DNA of 64,000 bases from Candidatus Omnitrophota bacterium (GTDB taxonomy: Bacteria; Omnitrophota; Gorgyraeia; B26-G9). The notes beneath the pieces are model-generated. The model saw only the letters and a list, made by a program, of their open reading frames with translations, did no database searches and had not been told where the DNA came from. Of the stretch, positions 38,361-47,715 are shown piece after piece (the first letter of the stretch is position 1; every line of letters begins with the position of its first letter). The position numbers and the translations under genes were made by a program. Location: NCBI GenBank assembly GCA_018817165.1, contig JAHITY010000114.1, positions 81,721 to 145,720 on the forward strand. The letters are read 5' to 3'.

Positions 38361-39532
38361 TCAAAAACCAGACCATAATTTGTTTATCTACAATTGATTG
38401 GCACTATGCTAAGCAAAGACATCAAATCTTGATGGAAAAGTTCGCGCAAAACGATAATCAAGTTATTTTTGTTGAGCATCTGGGTTTTTCCCGTCAAAAA
38501 ATAACAGATTTCGCGAATATTGCCCGCAGGGTTTTTCGGGCCTTGTTTTCCTCAAAAAACATTCGCTCGGAAATTAAGCTGATTCCCAATCTTCAAATCA
38601 TTACGCCTTTAGTTTTGCCTCCGCAGAACAAATTGTTTAATTTTATTAATAAACATTTTTTTCTTAAATTACTAGCGGAAAAACTACGCAAGCTGGCTGA
38701 TAAGCAGCCGATTGTTTGGACTTATCTGGCGACAACCACTGCAGTGAATCTGATAAACAAATTAGACCCAAAAATCTTAATCTATGATTGTGTGTATGAT
38801 GCCTTGCGGCATCCTGAGGCTCCTAAGGATATCGCTCAATCTGAGCAGAAAATATTAGCCCAGGCAGATATTGTTTTAACTGACGCGCTTTATTTTTATA
38901 ATCATAAGAAAAATTTTAATAAAAATGTGTATCAAATTCCCCCGGGTGTTGATTTTAAGCATTTTAATCAGCCGGCTGAGAATGGTGAATTGCTGCTGGC
39001 GGATATTAAACCGCCCCGGATTTGTTTTTTTGGCTGTATGGGCAGGGGAAATATCCGGATTGATTTTGATTTACTGGAATTTATTGCCAGACAAAAGCCG
39101 GATTGGTCAATTGTGAATATCGGGCCATTGGTGAATATGGAAGTACCGGAAAATTTAGCCGGCCTGGATAATATTAAATGGTTGGGATTTATTTCCTATA
39201 GCGATCTGCCGCGGTATCTTCTACAGTGCGATCTGTTGATCTTGCCGTATCAATTAAATGATTTTACTGAATCAGTACTCCCGGCTAAGGTTTTTGAGTG
39301 TTTGGCCACGGGGAAACCGGTTGTGTCCACGGCTTTGCCGGAATTAAAACCTTATAAGCAGTATTTTTGTATCGCGGAAAATGAACAAGAATTTTTAAAC
39401 GGGATTGAGTCTGCTTTGGACAATGATACTAAAGAAAATAAGCAGCAAAGAATTGATTTTGCCCGGACAAATACCTGGGAAGAGCGGTTTGAAGCGATTT
39501 GTGCGATCTTAAATTCTAAATTAACAGAATAA
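38357..39532 (+). CDS. GT4-fold glycosyltransferase (TuaH-like)
   Basis: W...KQRHQ, IYDCVYD, PGVD, PAKVFECLATGKPVVS, NTW. Confidence 0.87.
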   Translation: MIKNQTIICLSTIDWHYAKQRHQILMEKFAQNDNQVIFVEHLGFSRQKITDFANIARRVFRALFSSKNIRSEIKLIPNLQIITPLVLPPQNKLFNFINKHFFLKLLAEKLRKLADKQPIVWTYLATTTAVNLINKLDPKILIYDCVYDALRHPEAPKDIAQSEQKILAQADIVLTDALYFYNHKKNFNKNVYQIPPGVDFKHFNQPAENGELLLADIKPPRICFFGCMGRGNIRIDFDLLEFIARQKPDWSIVNIGPLVNMEVPENLAGLDNIKWLGFISYSDLPRYLLQCDLLILPYQLNDFTESVLPAKVFECLATGKPVVSTALPELKPYKQYFCIAENEQEFLNGIESALDNDTKENKQQRIDFARTNTWEERFEAICAILNSKLTE

Positions 39533-39564
39533 TAAATAGTTTATGCGGAATATAATTATAAAGC

Positions 39565-41037
39565 GTGGATCTTATGAAAAATATGACAATTAGTAAAATC
39601 TTGATAATCGGATTAGTTTGTTTGCTGATCGGGGGGATTTTGCCGTATTTGTTTCTGAATTTGTCGGGCAAGCTGATTATTTTGTTTGGCGCTTTATTGG
39701 TTATTTTAGGTCTGCTGCTGATTAAAAAAGGTAAAATCACGATTTATGATTGGCTAATTTTATTTTTTCTCAGCATTCCATTTCATGATTATCGGATAAT
39801 GTTTGGTTCTTTCTTTTTGAGATTGACCGAGGTTTGTTTTATTCCTTTGCTGGTCTGGGGAGTAATTCAAATGACCCGGCAGGAGGCTGATCGGAGAAAT
39901 TTGTTTAAACTTAACGCGGAATATATAATTCTCCTGTTTTTTTCTGCTTTTACGGCTATGTCGGTTTTGCTTTCAGCTGATCCGTTTGTTGGCACATATC
40001 GCACAATAATTCTTGCTTATCTAGTTATCCTGTCGTTCATTATTTCTAAAGTGCTGAAAGAGGAAGATAAGATTTATCTGATTGTCAAAGCCCTGATCGC
40101 GGTTTCCGCGGGGGCGAGTATTTTCGCGATTTTACAGGCTTTTTTGCCGGCATTTCAGCCGTTTTACCCAATCCCTTTGATTCAATTAGGTTCTGTAACT
40201 CTCTACCGCAGCGGTGTGGGCTGGCAAAATCCAAATTATTTCGCTTTGTATCTAAGCATGATTTTGCCGATCACTTATGTTTGTAAAATATATAAACTGT
40301 TCCCGGAAAAAAAATTTATCCAAACTTGCTTTGTTTTACAGACATGCGGTATATTCTGTACTTATTCTAGATTAGGATTTATTTCCCTGGGGCTGACTTT
40401 TCTTTTTCTGTTGTGGGTAAGAGGCAAGAAGACATTGGTGTTGATCATGGTGATTGTTATCGCTGTTTTATCAGTGCTTACATTTACTAGTATGGCCTAT
40501 ATTTACGAGCATAATCCTTATTTGGCAGTAACAATATTCCGCATCCCTAATCCTGGCTTAGTATTGAAGAATCCTTTGTTGATCGCCGGATGGCGGAGAG
40601 ATGCCTGGGTGGCCAATGCCCGGATGTTTTTAGATCATCCCTTTATTGGTATCGGTCCGTTTATGTCCACGGCAATGTATGAACAATATCGGCCGACTGA
40701 TCAGGTCTATCCTTGGAAATCAGGATTAGCTGTGCACAGTGAATATTTGTCTTTACTGTCTGAACGAGGGATAATTGGCACTGCTTTGTTTTTTCTGTTT
40801 TTATTGTTTTTAATGACCCGGGCAAATCTTTATTATCAGCAAAATAAGTCAGCGGTCTCTGGTAAACTGATGCTGGGATTATGGGCAAGCATTGTTAATT
40901 TTATCTGGTTTTCTTTTGGCGGTGCAACGATTTACTCCGTAGAGTTCTGGATCAATGTGGGATTGATTCTCGCGGTGTATAATCTGGGCAAAGCAAAGCG
41001 GATCGAAGAAAATCAATTGAATCAACTTGATAAATAA
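39565..41037 (+). CDS. Wzy polymerase / O-antigen ligase-family membrane protein
   Basis: Many TMs, NPNYFA, TYSRLG, HPFIGIG, HSEYL..LSERGIIG. Confidence 0.85.
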   Translation: MDLMKNMTISKILIIGLVCLLIGGILPYLFLNLSGKLIILFGALLVILGLLLIKKGKITIYDWLILFFLSIPFHDYRIMFGSFFLRLTEVCFIPLLVWGVIQMTRQEADRRNLFKLNAEYIILLFFSAFTAMSVLLSADPFVGTYRTIILAYLVILSFIISKVLKEEDKIYLIVKALIAVSAGASIFAILQAFLPAFQPFYPIPLIQLGSVTLYRSGVGWQNPNYFALYLSMILPITYVCKIYKLFPEKKFIQTCFVLQTCGIFCTYSRLGFISLGLTFLFLLWVRGKKTLVLIMVIVIAVLSVLTFTSMAYIYEHNPYLAVTIFRIPNPGLVLKNPLLIAGWRRDAWVANARMFLDHPFIGIGPFMSTAMYEQYRPTDQVYPWKSGLAVHSEYLSLLSERGIIGTALFFLFLLFLMTRANLYYQQNKSAVSGKLMLGLWASIVNFIWFSFGGATIYSVEFWINVGLILAVYNLGKAKRIEENQLNQLDK

Positions 41038-41070
41038 AAGGCGACTTATTAAAATAAGTTAAAAATCAAT

Positions 41071-42255
41071 ATGAAGAAAATTATTTTTTTCCAGATATTT
41101 GATTATCGGGATGTTTATTTCGCGATTGAAAATAATCAGGCGGAGACCTATGTATCGCAAAAACAGTTTATTGAGTTTACCTCTAGTTTGATGAAAAGCG
41201 ATGATGTTTCTGCGGTGTGTATTGTTTCTTTACTTAGTTCCGGGAAATATGATCAAATAATGCCTAATGGAGTAAGGGTTATCGGCATTCCTTTTTTAGC
41301 CGATGATCCAAAACAAACTCAAATAAAAGCAAATAAGTTTGTTGACTTATTCGCTCCGACGCATGCGATTATTCAGGTTCCTTTGCTTGGGTTGCTGGCG
41401 AAATGCATTAAAAATAAAATCAAGACTTGCCTGATTATTGCGGATAGCTTTACCGGAACCGGTTTGCGCGGTTTCATTTGGACAAGGATGTTTGCTTGGC
41501 TGTTAAATAATAAATATGTGGAGTTGGTTTCTAATCATAATTATCCGGCAGCTAATTTATTAAAAAGCTTTGGTGTTAAGCCAAATAAGATTATTCCTTG
41601 GGATCAATCCTGGGATCAGCAAACTGATAAATTCGCGGTAAAGGTTCTAAACTCCCTGCCTGATGTATGGAAATTTTTCTATGCCGGCAGAATCTTAACC
41701 GAAAAGGGAGTCGGCGATATTATTCAGGCCATATCTCTGCTCAAACAAAACAAAGTGCAAGCTTGCGCCGTGTTTGTTGGTTCAGGTAATATTACTGATT
41801 TTGAAAAACAGGCCGCTGATTTGGGGATATCGGAAAACATTGCTTTTTTAGGCTCGGTTGCCCATGCTCAGGTGCTTAGCGGTATGCGTAATGCCGACAT
41901 TGTGATTGTGCCCAGTCAGATTAAATCCAGCGAAGGCATGCCTTGTACAATATATGAATCGTTTATCGTGAAAACTCCGCTGATTATTTCAGATCATCCG
42001 ATGATGAAAAAAGCAATTAAAAACTGTGTTTTCTTTAAAGCCAATGATCCCGGGTCATTGGTTGAGGCAGTGAATCAATTGAGCAATGATTTGGCCGTGT
42101 ATAATAAATTGTCAGCCGACAGCGCCGCAGCGTTAAGCGAGTTGATTGTGCCGTTTGATTCTATTCAGATCCTTGACCATTGGCTGAGCGGCAAGCAAGC
42201 GGATAAACAGTGGTTGTATGAGCATAGTTTAAAAAAATTAAATAAGAATTATTAA
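41071..42255 (+). CDS. GT4 glycosyltransferase
   Basis: YAGRILTEKG, ADIVIVPS, EGMP...E. Confidence 0.85.
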   Translation: MKKIIFFQIFDYRDVYFAIENNQAETYVSQKQFIEFTSSLMKSDDVSAVCIVSLLSSGKYDQIMPNGVRVIGIPFLADDPKQTQIKANKFVDLFAPTHAIIQVPLLGLLAKCIKNKIKTCLIIADSFTGTGLRGFIWTRMFAWLLNNKYVELVSNHNYPAANLLKSFGVKPNKIIPWDQSWDQQTDKFAVKVLNSLPDVWKFFYAGRILTEKGVGDIIQAISLLKQNKVQACAVFVGSGNITDFEKQAADLGISENIAFLGSVAHAQVLSGMRNADIVIVPSQIKSSEGMPCTIYESFIVKTPLIISDHPMMKKAIKNCVFFKANDPGSLVEAVNQLSNDLAVYNKLSADSAAALSELIVPFDSIQILDHWLSGKQADKQWLYEHSLKKLNKNY

Positions 42256-42282
42256 ACACTAAATCAATCAAAAAAGCAGGCG

Positions 42283-44187
42283 ATGAAAAAAATTCTATTT
42301 TTAGAACAATACACTAAAATTTCCGGCGGACAAAAAGTTTTGCTGTCAATTCTCGATGGCTTAAAATCAGATTATCGCTTTTGCGTGACAGTGCCGGAGC
42401 GCGGGGAATTAACCGAAGAGCTGGACAAACGGAATATCGCGCATCAGCAATTAGCCGTGGGCTATTATTCTTTGGGCAAGAAAACCTTGCTTGATGTGCT
42501 TTTATATTTAATCCGCTTGCCTTATTTAGTTCTCAGATTATCGCGGATCATTAAGCAAGAAAAACCGGACTTGGTTTATGCCAATGCCGCTCGGACTTTT
42601 GTCTGCGCGGCAATTGCTTGTAGTCTGGCTAAGGTTCCCTTGGTTTGGCATGTCCATAGTATTTTTGATAAAGGTATCTCCCGGAAATTATGTAATTATT
42701 TTGGTAAAAATAAAATCGTTAAAAAAATTATTGTGGTTTCCCAGGCAGCCAAAGCGCCGCTTGCTGATTTAGCGGATAAAATCGAAGTTATTTATAATGC
42801 GATTGATGAAAAAATATATTATCCCGGTGAAAAACAAGGCCCGATCCGCCAAAGCTTAAACCTCGGGAATAATCTTGTCGCCGCGATGGTCAGTTTATTA
42901 GTGGAGTGGAAATGTATTGATGATTTTATCCGGGCCGCGGGAATTATTAGCGCTGATTATCCTCAAGTGAAATTTCTGATTGTCGGTGATGTGCTTTATG
43001 ATCAGGCCGGTAAAAAATATAAACAGGATTTACTTGATCTGGTCAAACAGCTTAAGCTGGAAAACAAGGTTATTTTTACTGGTTTTCGTAATGATGTCGC
43101 GGCGATTATGCGTGAGCTGGATATTTTTGTTTTAGCGTCAAAGCAGCCTGATCCTTGTCCGACTTCTTTGCTTCAAGCCATGGGTTCTGGTATGGCGGTT
43201 ATTGCCACTGATTTTGGCGGTCCGGCGGAAATAATCCAGGATCAGCAAGATGGTTTATTATATCCGGCGCAGGATTATAAAATATTGGCAGCCAAGATTA
43301 AAAGTCTGATTACAGATGAAAAAAAGCGCAAGCAATTATCGAAAAACGCGGCAGATAAAATAAATCAGGATTTTAATTATAAAAATTATATGCTTAAAAT
43401 TAAACAGATAATTGAAAATCAAATCAAAATTACTGATAAGCATATTTATGGCAGTGGGAAATATTTGGAAAATAATCCGACTTGGCATCAAGAAGACGCG
43501 GATTGGAAAAGTCGGGAAATTATTAAAGTTATCCCCAAGAGTTTAAAAGAAAAGTTCAAAAAAACAAAGCAACCGATCAGAATTGTCGATATCGGCTGCG
43601 GTACCGGGCAAATCCTGAAAAATCTCGCTGTTTATTGGCAAAGCCAAAATATTCCGGCTGATTGTAAAGGATATGACTTATCCGAACAAATAATCGAGCA
43701 AGCAAAAAAGAATTTTCCGCAAGCTGAGTTTTCGGCTCGAGATTTTGCTTCCAAGGAATATAAAATTCAAGACAAGCGGATTGACTTTACTTTGCTGATA
43801 GATATTTTAGAGCATATTGAAAGTCCGCAGATGCTTTTAGCCGATGTAGCACAGGTAAGTGACTATATAATATGCCATCTTCCGCTTGAAGATAATCTGA
43901 TGGTAAATTCCCGCAAGCTTAAAGACAAATTTAAGAAAACTGTGGGGCATATAAACTACTATAATAAGAAAAGTGCTTTAGCGATGTTTGCTCAAGCTGG
44001 ATTAAGTGTGGGAAATGTGATATATACTTGTTCTGATTGCAGTGCTGATTATAAGTTGGAAAGTTTGCCGCGCAGGTTGATTCTCCAGCCTTTGCGGAAA
44101 TTGTTTTTTAAAATATCTCCGGATTGGACAGCGCATGTTTTGGGAAATTGTTCATTAATGCTATTGCTTAAAAAGCAGAAATTGTAG
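42283..44187 (+). CDS. GT4 glycosyltransferase fused to class I methyltransferase
   Basis: GGQ, WHVH, GFRND, DPCP...GG..E (GT4, ~aa 1-380); NPTWH, VDIGCGTG, DILEH (MTase); stop TAG lies inside a REP GTAG. Confidence 0.87.
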   Translation: MKKILFLEQYTKISGGQKVLLSILDGLKSDYRFCVTVPERGELTEELDKRNIAHQQLAVGYYSLGKKTLLDVLLYLIRLPYLVLRLSRIIKQEKPDLVYANAARTFVCAAIACSLAKVPLVWHVHSIFDKGISRKLCNYFGKNKIVKKIIVVSQAAKAPLADLADKIEVIYNAIDEKIYYPGEKQGPIRQSLNLGNNLVAAMVSLLVEWKCIDDFIRAAGIISADYPQVKFLIVGDVLYDQAGKKYKQDLLDLVKQLKLENKVIFTGFRNDVAAIMRELDIFVLASKQPDPCPTSLLQAMGSGMAVIATDFGGPAEIIQDQQDGLLYPAQDYKILAAKIKSLITDEKKRKQLSKNAADKINQDFNYKNYMLKIKQIIENQIKITDKHIYGSGKYLENNPTWHQEDADWKSREIIKVIPKSLKEKFKKTKQPIRIVDIGCGTGQILKNLAVYWQSQNIPADCKGYDLSEQIIEQAKKNFPQAEFSARDFASKEYKIQDKRIDFTLLIDILEHIESPQMLLADVAQVSDYIICHLPLEDNLMVNSRKLKDKFKKTVGHINYYNKKSALAMFAQAGLSVGNVIYTCSDCSADYKLESLPRRLILQPLRKLFFKISPDWTAHVLGNCSLMLLLKKQKL

Positions 44188-44277
44188 GGGCGCTGCTTGC
44201 CTGCGCCCGCTTATTAATGATTTGACCGATTTATGTAATTGTATATTATTACGGGCCGAGGCAAGCGCGGCCCCTAC
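44184..44277. repeat. 94-bp REPIN-like doublet
   Basis: gtaggggcgctgcttgcctgcgccc - AT-rich spacer - gggccgaggcaagcgcggcccctac. Confidence 0.9.
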
Positions 44278-44320
44278 GTTGTGTCCTTGTGACCTTTTAA
44301 CAGAATACAGAGAGCTATGA

Positions 44321-45799
44321 ATGAATATCAAAAAAATTCTATTAATTCAGCCGCCGTGCACGCTGAGTAAAAGTTATACCAAAGAGATTCAGCCGCCTTT
44401 GGGCATGGCTTATATTGCCGCGGTGCTTGAGGATAAATTCGAGGTCAGAATTCTTGATGCCGCGGTTGAGGGCTGGCATACTGAAATTGCGGTTTCTAAA
44501 CAGGAAATTCGCTATGGTCTTTCCTTTGAACAAATAGCAGCGAGGATCAAAGAGTTTGCTCCTGATTTAGTGGGCATATCTTGTTTGTTTTCGATGCAGG
44601 CACATAATGCCCATCAAGTCGGACAGATCGCGAAAAAAGCTAATCCGAAGATTATTACAGTTATGGGGGGAGCGCATCCTACTGTAATGGCTAAAAAAGT
44701 TCTGGAAGACTCGGCAATTGATTATGTGGTTATTGGCGAAGGCGAACAAATCATAACTAAGCTGATCGATTGCATTAATCAAAAACAATCTGTATCTGAA
44801 ATTGATGGCTTAGCTTATAAACAAGATAATAATATAATCGTAAACCCCAAAACCAGTTTTATTCAGGATCTGGATGCCTTGCCTTTTCCCGCCCGGCATT
44901 TATTACCCATGGATAAATATTTTAAGATCAATATGCCTCATGGTGTAACTACCCGGCGGAGTCCGAACACTTCGCTGATTACTTCGCGGGGTTGTCCGGC
45001 ACAGTGTATTTTTTGCGCGATTCATCCGATCTGGGGTAAAAAATTTCGCGCTCGATCAGCGGAAAATGTAGTCCAAGAAATAAAACATTTGATCAGTACT
45101 TATGGGATTCAGGAGCTGCAGTTTGAAGATGATAATCTGACTTTTGATAAACCAAGAGCAATGAGTATCTTTGATCAGATGATCCAAGAAAAACTCGATA
45201 TTCTCTGGACTACGCCCAATGGGGTGGCTTTGTGGGCCATGGATGAGGCCATGCTGTTAAAAATGAAGCAAAGCGGCTGTTACCGGCTTTGTTTGGCCAT
45301 TGAAAGCGGGGATCAGGATGTACTGCATAAGATTATCAATAAACCCTTGGATTTAAACAAAGCCAAGCATTTGATCAGCTTTGCTTATAAAAATGGATTT
45401 GAAACAGATGCTTTTTTTGTGATTGGCTTTCCCGGAGAAACTAAGCAGCAGATCAAGCGGACTTTTAGCTTTGGCCGCAGTCTGGATGTAAGCAATGTTA
45501 ATTATTATATTGCTACGCCTTATCCCGGGACAAAGCTTTATGAGCAGTGTGTTAAAAACAATTATCTGGTCAAAGATTTTCAGGCTGACAGTTTGGGCGT
45601 GAAAAAAGGAGTGATTATAACTTCCGAGTTTACTCCTGAAGAATTAGAAAAAATGGTTTCGCAGGAAAAGCTTTTATTTTATGTGTTTCTTTTGTTTAAA
45701 AATCCCAAAGCTTTTTATACTAAAGTCATAAAACGCTTTGTCCAAGACCCGACTTATTTTATTAATTTTGTTAAAAATATATTCAAAAAAATCCTGTAG
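44321..45799 (+). CDS. B12-binding radical SAM protein #3
   Basis: LIQPP, PPLGMAYIA, GGAHP, GEGE, TSRGCPAQCIFC, EDDN; stop TAG lies inside a REP GTAG. Confidence 0.9.
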   Translation: MNIKKILLIQPPCTLSKSYTKEIQPPLGMAYIAAVLEDKFEVRILDAAVEGWHTEIAVSKQEIRYGLSFEQIAARIKEFAPDLVGISCLFSMQAHNAHQVGQIAKKANPKIITVMGGAHPTVMAKKVLEDSAIDYVVIGEGEQIITKLIDCINQKQSVSEIDGLAYKQDNNIIVNPKTSFIQDLDALPFPARHLLPMDKYFKINMPHGVTTRRSPNTSLITSRGCPAQCIFCAIHPIWGKKFRARSAENVVQEIKHLISTYGIQELQFEDDNLTFDKPRAMSIFDQMIQEKLDILWTTPNGVALWAMDEAMLLKMKQSGCYRLCLAIESGDQDVLHKIINKPLDLNKAKHLISFAYKNGFETDAFFVIGFPGETKQQIKRTFSFGRSLDVSNVNYYIATPYPGTKLYEQCVKNNYLVKDFQADSLGVKKGVIITSEFTPEELEKMVSQEKLLFYVFLLFKNPKAFYTKVIKRFVQDPTYFINFVKNIFKKIL

Positions 45800-45889
45800 G
45801 GGCGCTGCTTGCCTGCGCCCGCTTATTAATGATTTAACCGATTCATGTAATTGTATATTATTACGGGCCGAGGCAAGCGCGGCCCCTAC
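45796..45889. repeat. 94-bp REPIN-like doublet
   Basis: Nearly identical to 44184-44277, same orientation. Confidence 0.9.
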
Positions 45890-45923
45890 GTTGAGTACTG
45901 GTGACTGAAAATTAAGGATAAAA

Positions 45924-47375
45924 ATGAAAATATTGATGCTTAATCCGCCGTTTTTCCCGCGTTATTCGCGTTCACAGCGCAGTCCGGCAGTGACGAAAAG
46001 CGGCACACTGTATTATCCGGTGTGGTTGGCTTATGCTACTGCTGTGCTGGAAAAAAAAGGTTTTGATGTCAGACTTGTTGATGCTCCGGCTCAAGGCTTA
46101 AATGCGCGGGCGATCCTTGATCTGGCCGAGGCGTATGATCCGGGGTTAATTGTTCTGGGAACATCCACGCCAAGTATTTATAATGATCTAGAGATAGGGG
46201 GAAAATTAAAAGCCATATTACCGCAGAGCTTTATAACTTTGGTCGGCACTCATGTATCCGCTTTGCCCGAGGAATCTTTGAATTTAAACAAAAGTATTGA
46301 TGCCGTGGCCAGAGCAGAATATGATTATACAATTGCTGAATTAGCTGAGGCTTTGGTTAATAAAGCTGATTTAACTAAAGTCCTGGGCATAAGTTTTCGC
46401 CAGAATGACCAAATAATCCATAATCCGGATCGAGAAAAAATCAGCAATTTGGATGAGATCCCTTTTGTCAGCAGTGTGTTTAAAAAACACTTAAATATTA
46501 ATAATTATTTTTTTGCTGCTTCAGATTATCCGATGGTGCAGATCTTTACAGCGCGGGGTTGTCCGTTTCAGTGTTTTTTCTGTGTTTATCCGCAAACGAT
46601 TCATGGCCATATTTATCGCACCCGTTCAGCGGAAAATGTGGTCGATGAATTTGCTTATATTAAAGAAAATCTGCCGCAGGTCAGGGAAGTGGTGATTGAA
46701 GATGATACTTTTTCCGTGGATAAGAAAAGAGTAAAAAAAATCTGCGAATTGCTTATTCAGCGAAAAATTAATTTAAAGTGGAATGCTAATGTCCGGGCGG
46801 ATCTTGATCTTGCGACAATGCGGCTGATGAAAAAAGCCGGCTGCCGTTTGATTATCATTGGTTTTGAAAGCGCGGATCAGATGATTTTGGACAATATCCA
46901 GAAGGGCGCGCAAGCCGAAAAGATGGAGCAATTTTTTAGCAATACCAAGAAAGCCGGATTATTATTGCATGCGGCTTTTATGGCGGGAAATCCCGGGGAA
47001 ACCCGGGAAACTCTGAAAAAGACATTTGCTTTTGCTAAAAAATCTATGCCGGATACGGTGCAGTTTTTCCCCCTCATGGCTTATCCCGGCACAAAAGCTT
47101 ATCAATGGGCTAAGGATAATAATTTATTAAAGAGCGAGAAATATTCTGATTGGGTGACTAAAGAAGGCCTGCACAATTGCGTATTAAATCTGCCGAATTT
47201 AACTTCCCAAGAATTGGTGGAATGGTGTGATATCAGTCGGAAAAAATATTATCTTAGCTTTAGATATCTTTGCTATAAAACGATCCAAATGATCTTACAT
47301 CCTCAAGAGATTAAGCGAACATTTCGGGCAATGTTTAAATTTAGAAAATTCCTCTGGCGCGGCAGTTTTAAATGA
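45924..47375 (+). CDS. B12-binding radical SAM protein #4 (HpnJ-like N-terminus)
   Basis: LNPP, YYPVWLAY, DAPA, TSTPS, GTHVS, ARGCPFQCFFC, EDDTF. Confidence 0.88.
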   Translation: MKILMLNPPFFPRYSRSQRSPAVTKSGTLYYPVWLAYATAVLEKKGFDVRLVDAPAQGLNARAILDLAEAYDPGLIVLGTSTPSIYNDLEIGGKLKAILPQSFITLVGTHVSALPEESLNLNKSIDAVARAEYDYTIAELAEALVNKADLTKVLGISFRQNDQIIHNPDREKISNLDEIPFVSSVFKKHLNINNYFFAASDYPMVQIFTARGCPFQCFFCVYPQTIHGHIYRTRSAENVVDEFAYIKENLPQVREVVIEDDTFSVDKKRVKKICELLIQRKINLKWNANVRADLDLATMRLMKKAGCRLIIIGFESADQMILDNIQKGAQAEKMEQFFSNTKKAGLLLHAAFMAGNPGETRETLKKTFAFAKKSMPDTVQFFPLMAYPGTKAYQWAKDNNLLKSEKYSDWVTKEGLHNCVLNLPNLTSQELVEWCDISRKKYYLSFRYLCYKTIQMILHPQEIKRTFRAMFKFRKFLWRGSFK

Positions 47376-47378
47376 GAG

Positions 47379-47466
47379 CCTGACTTACAGAGCGTTAGCG
47401 ATGTCAAGTCAGCCTGCTCGAATTTAGTCCGAAATAGCTGCGACCAAGCAGATATTTTCGGAATCA
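47379..47466. repeat. Two-hairpin structured repeat (inverted copy at 53149-53264)
   Basis: Reverse complement ggctgacttgacatcgctaacgctctgtaagtca aligns with ggttgacttgacgtcgctaaaagcgcttcgtaagtca at 53225. Confidence 0.65.
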
Positions 47467-47524
47467 TTATTATAAAAGCAGCGAATAGCGTTTAGCGTAT
47501 AGGAAAAAGATAAAAACAGAAATT

Positions 47525-47688
47525 GTAGGGGCCGATCCATGTATCGACCCGTTACAAAATGATAAAAAATATCATGAAAAATGATAATCATAAAGTAGGG
47601 GCGCTGCTTGCCTGCGCCCGCTTATTAATGATTTTACCGATTTATGGAATTGTATATTATTACGGGCCGAGGCAAGCGCGGCCCCTAC
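47525..47688. repeat. Single variant REP (47525-47550) plus 94-bp REPIN-like doublet (47595-47688)
   Basis: gtaggggccgatccatgtatcgaccc, then a copy of the 44184 element. Confidence 0.88.
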
Positions 47689-47715
47689 GTTGTGACCTTT
47701 TAAAAAAGGAAAATT

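Noticed and set aside
45924-47375. Hopanoid biosynthesis locus (HpnJ)
   Set aside because: The N-terminus is HpnJ-like, but no squalene-hopene cyclase or other hpn genes are in the window and the context is polysaccharide
44184-47688. Repeated 94-bp units as a CRISPR array or integron attC sites
   Set aside because: Units are separated by whole genes, have GTAG-palindrome REP structure rather than repeat-spacer or RYYYAAC/GTTRRRY ends, and no cas or integrase gene is present
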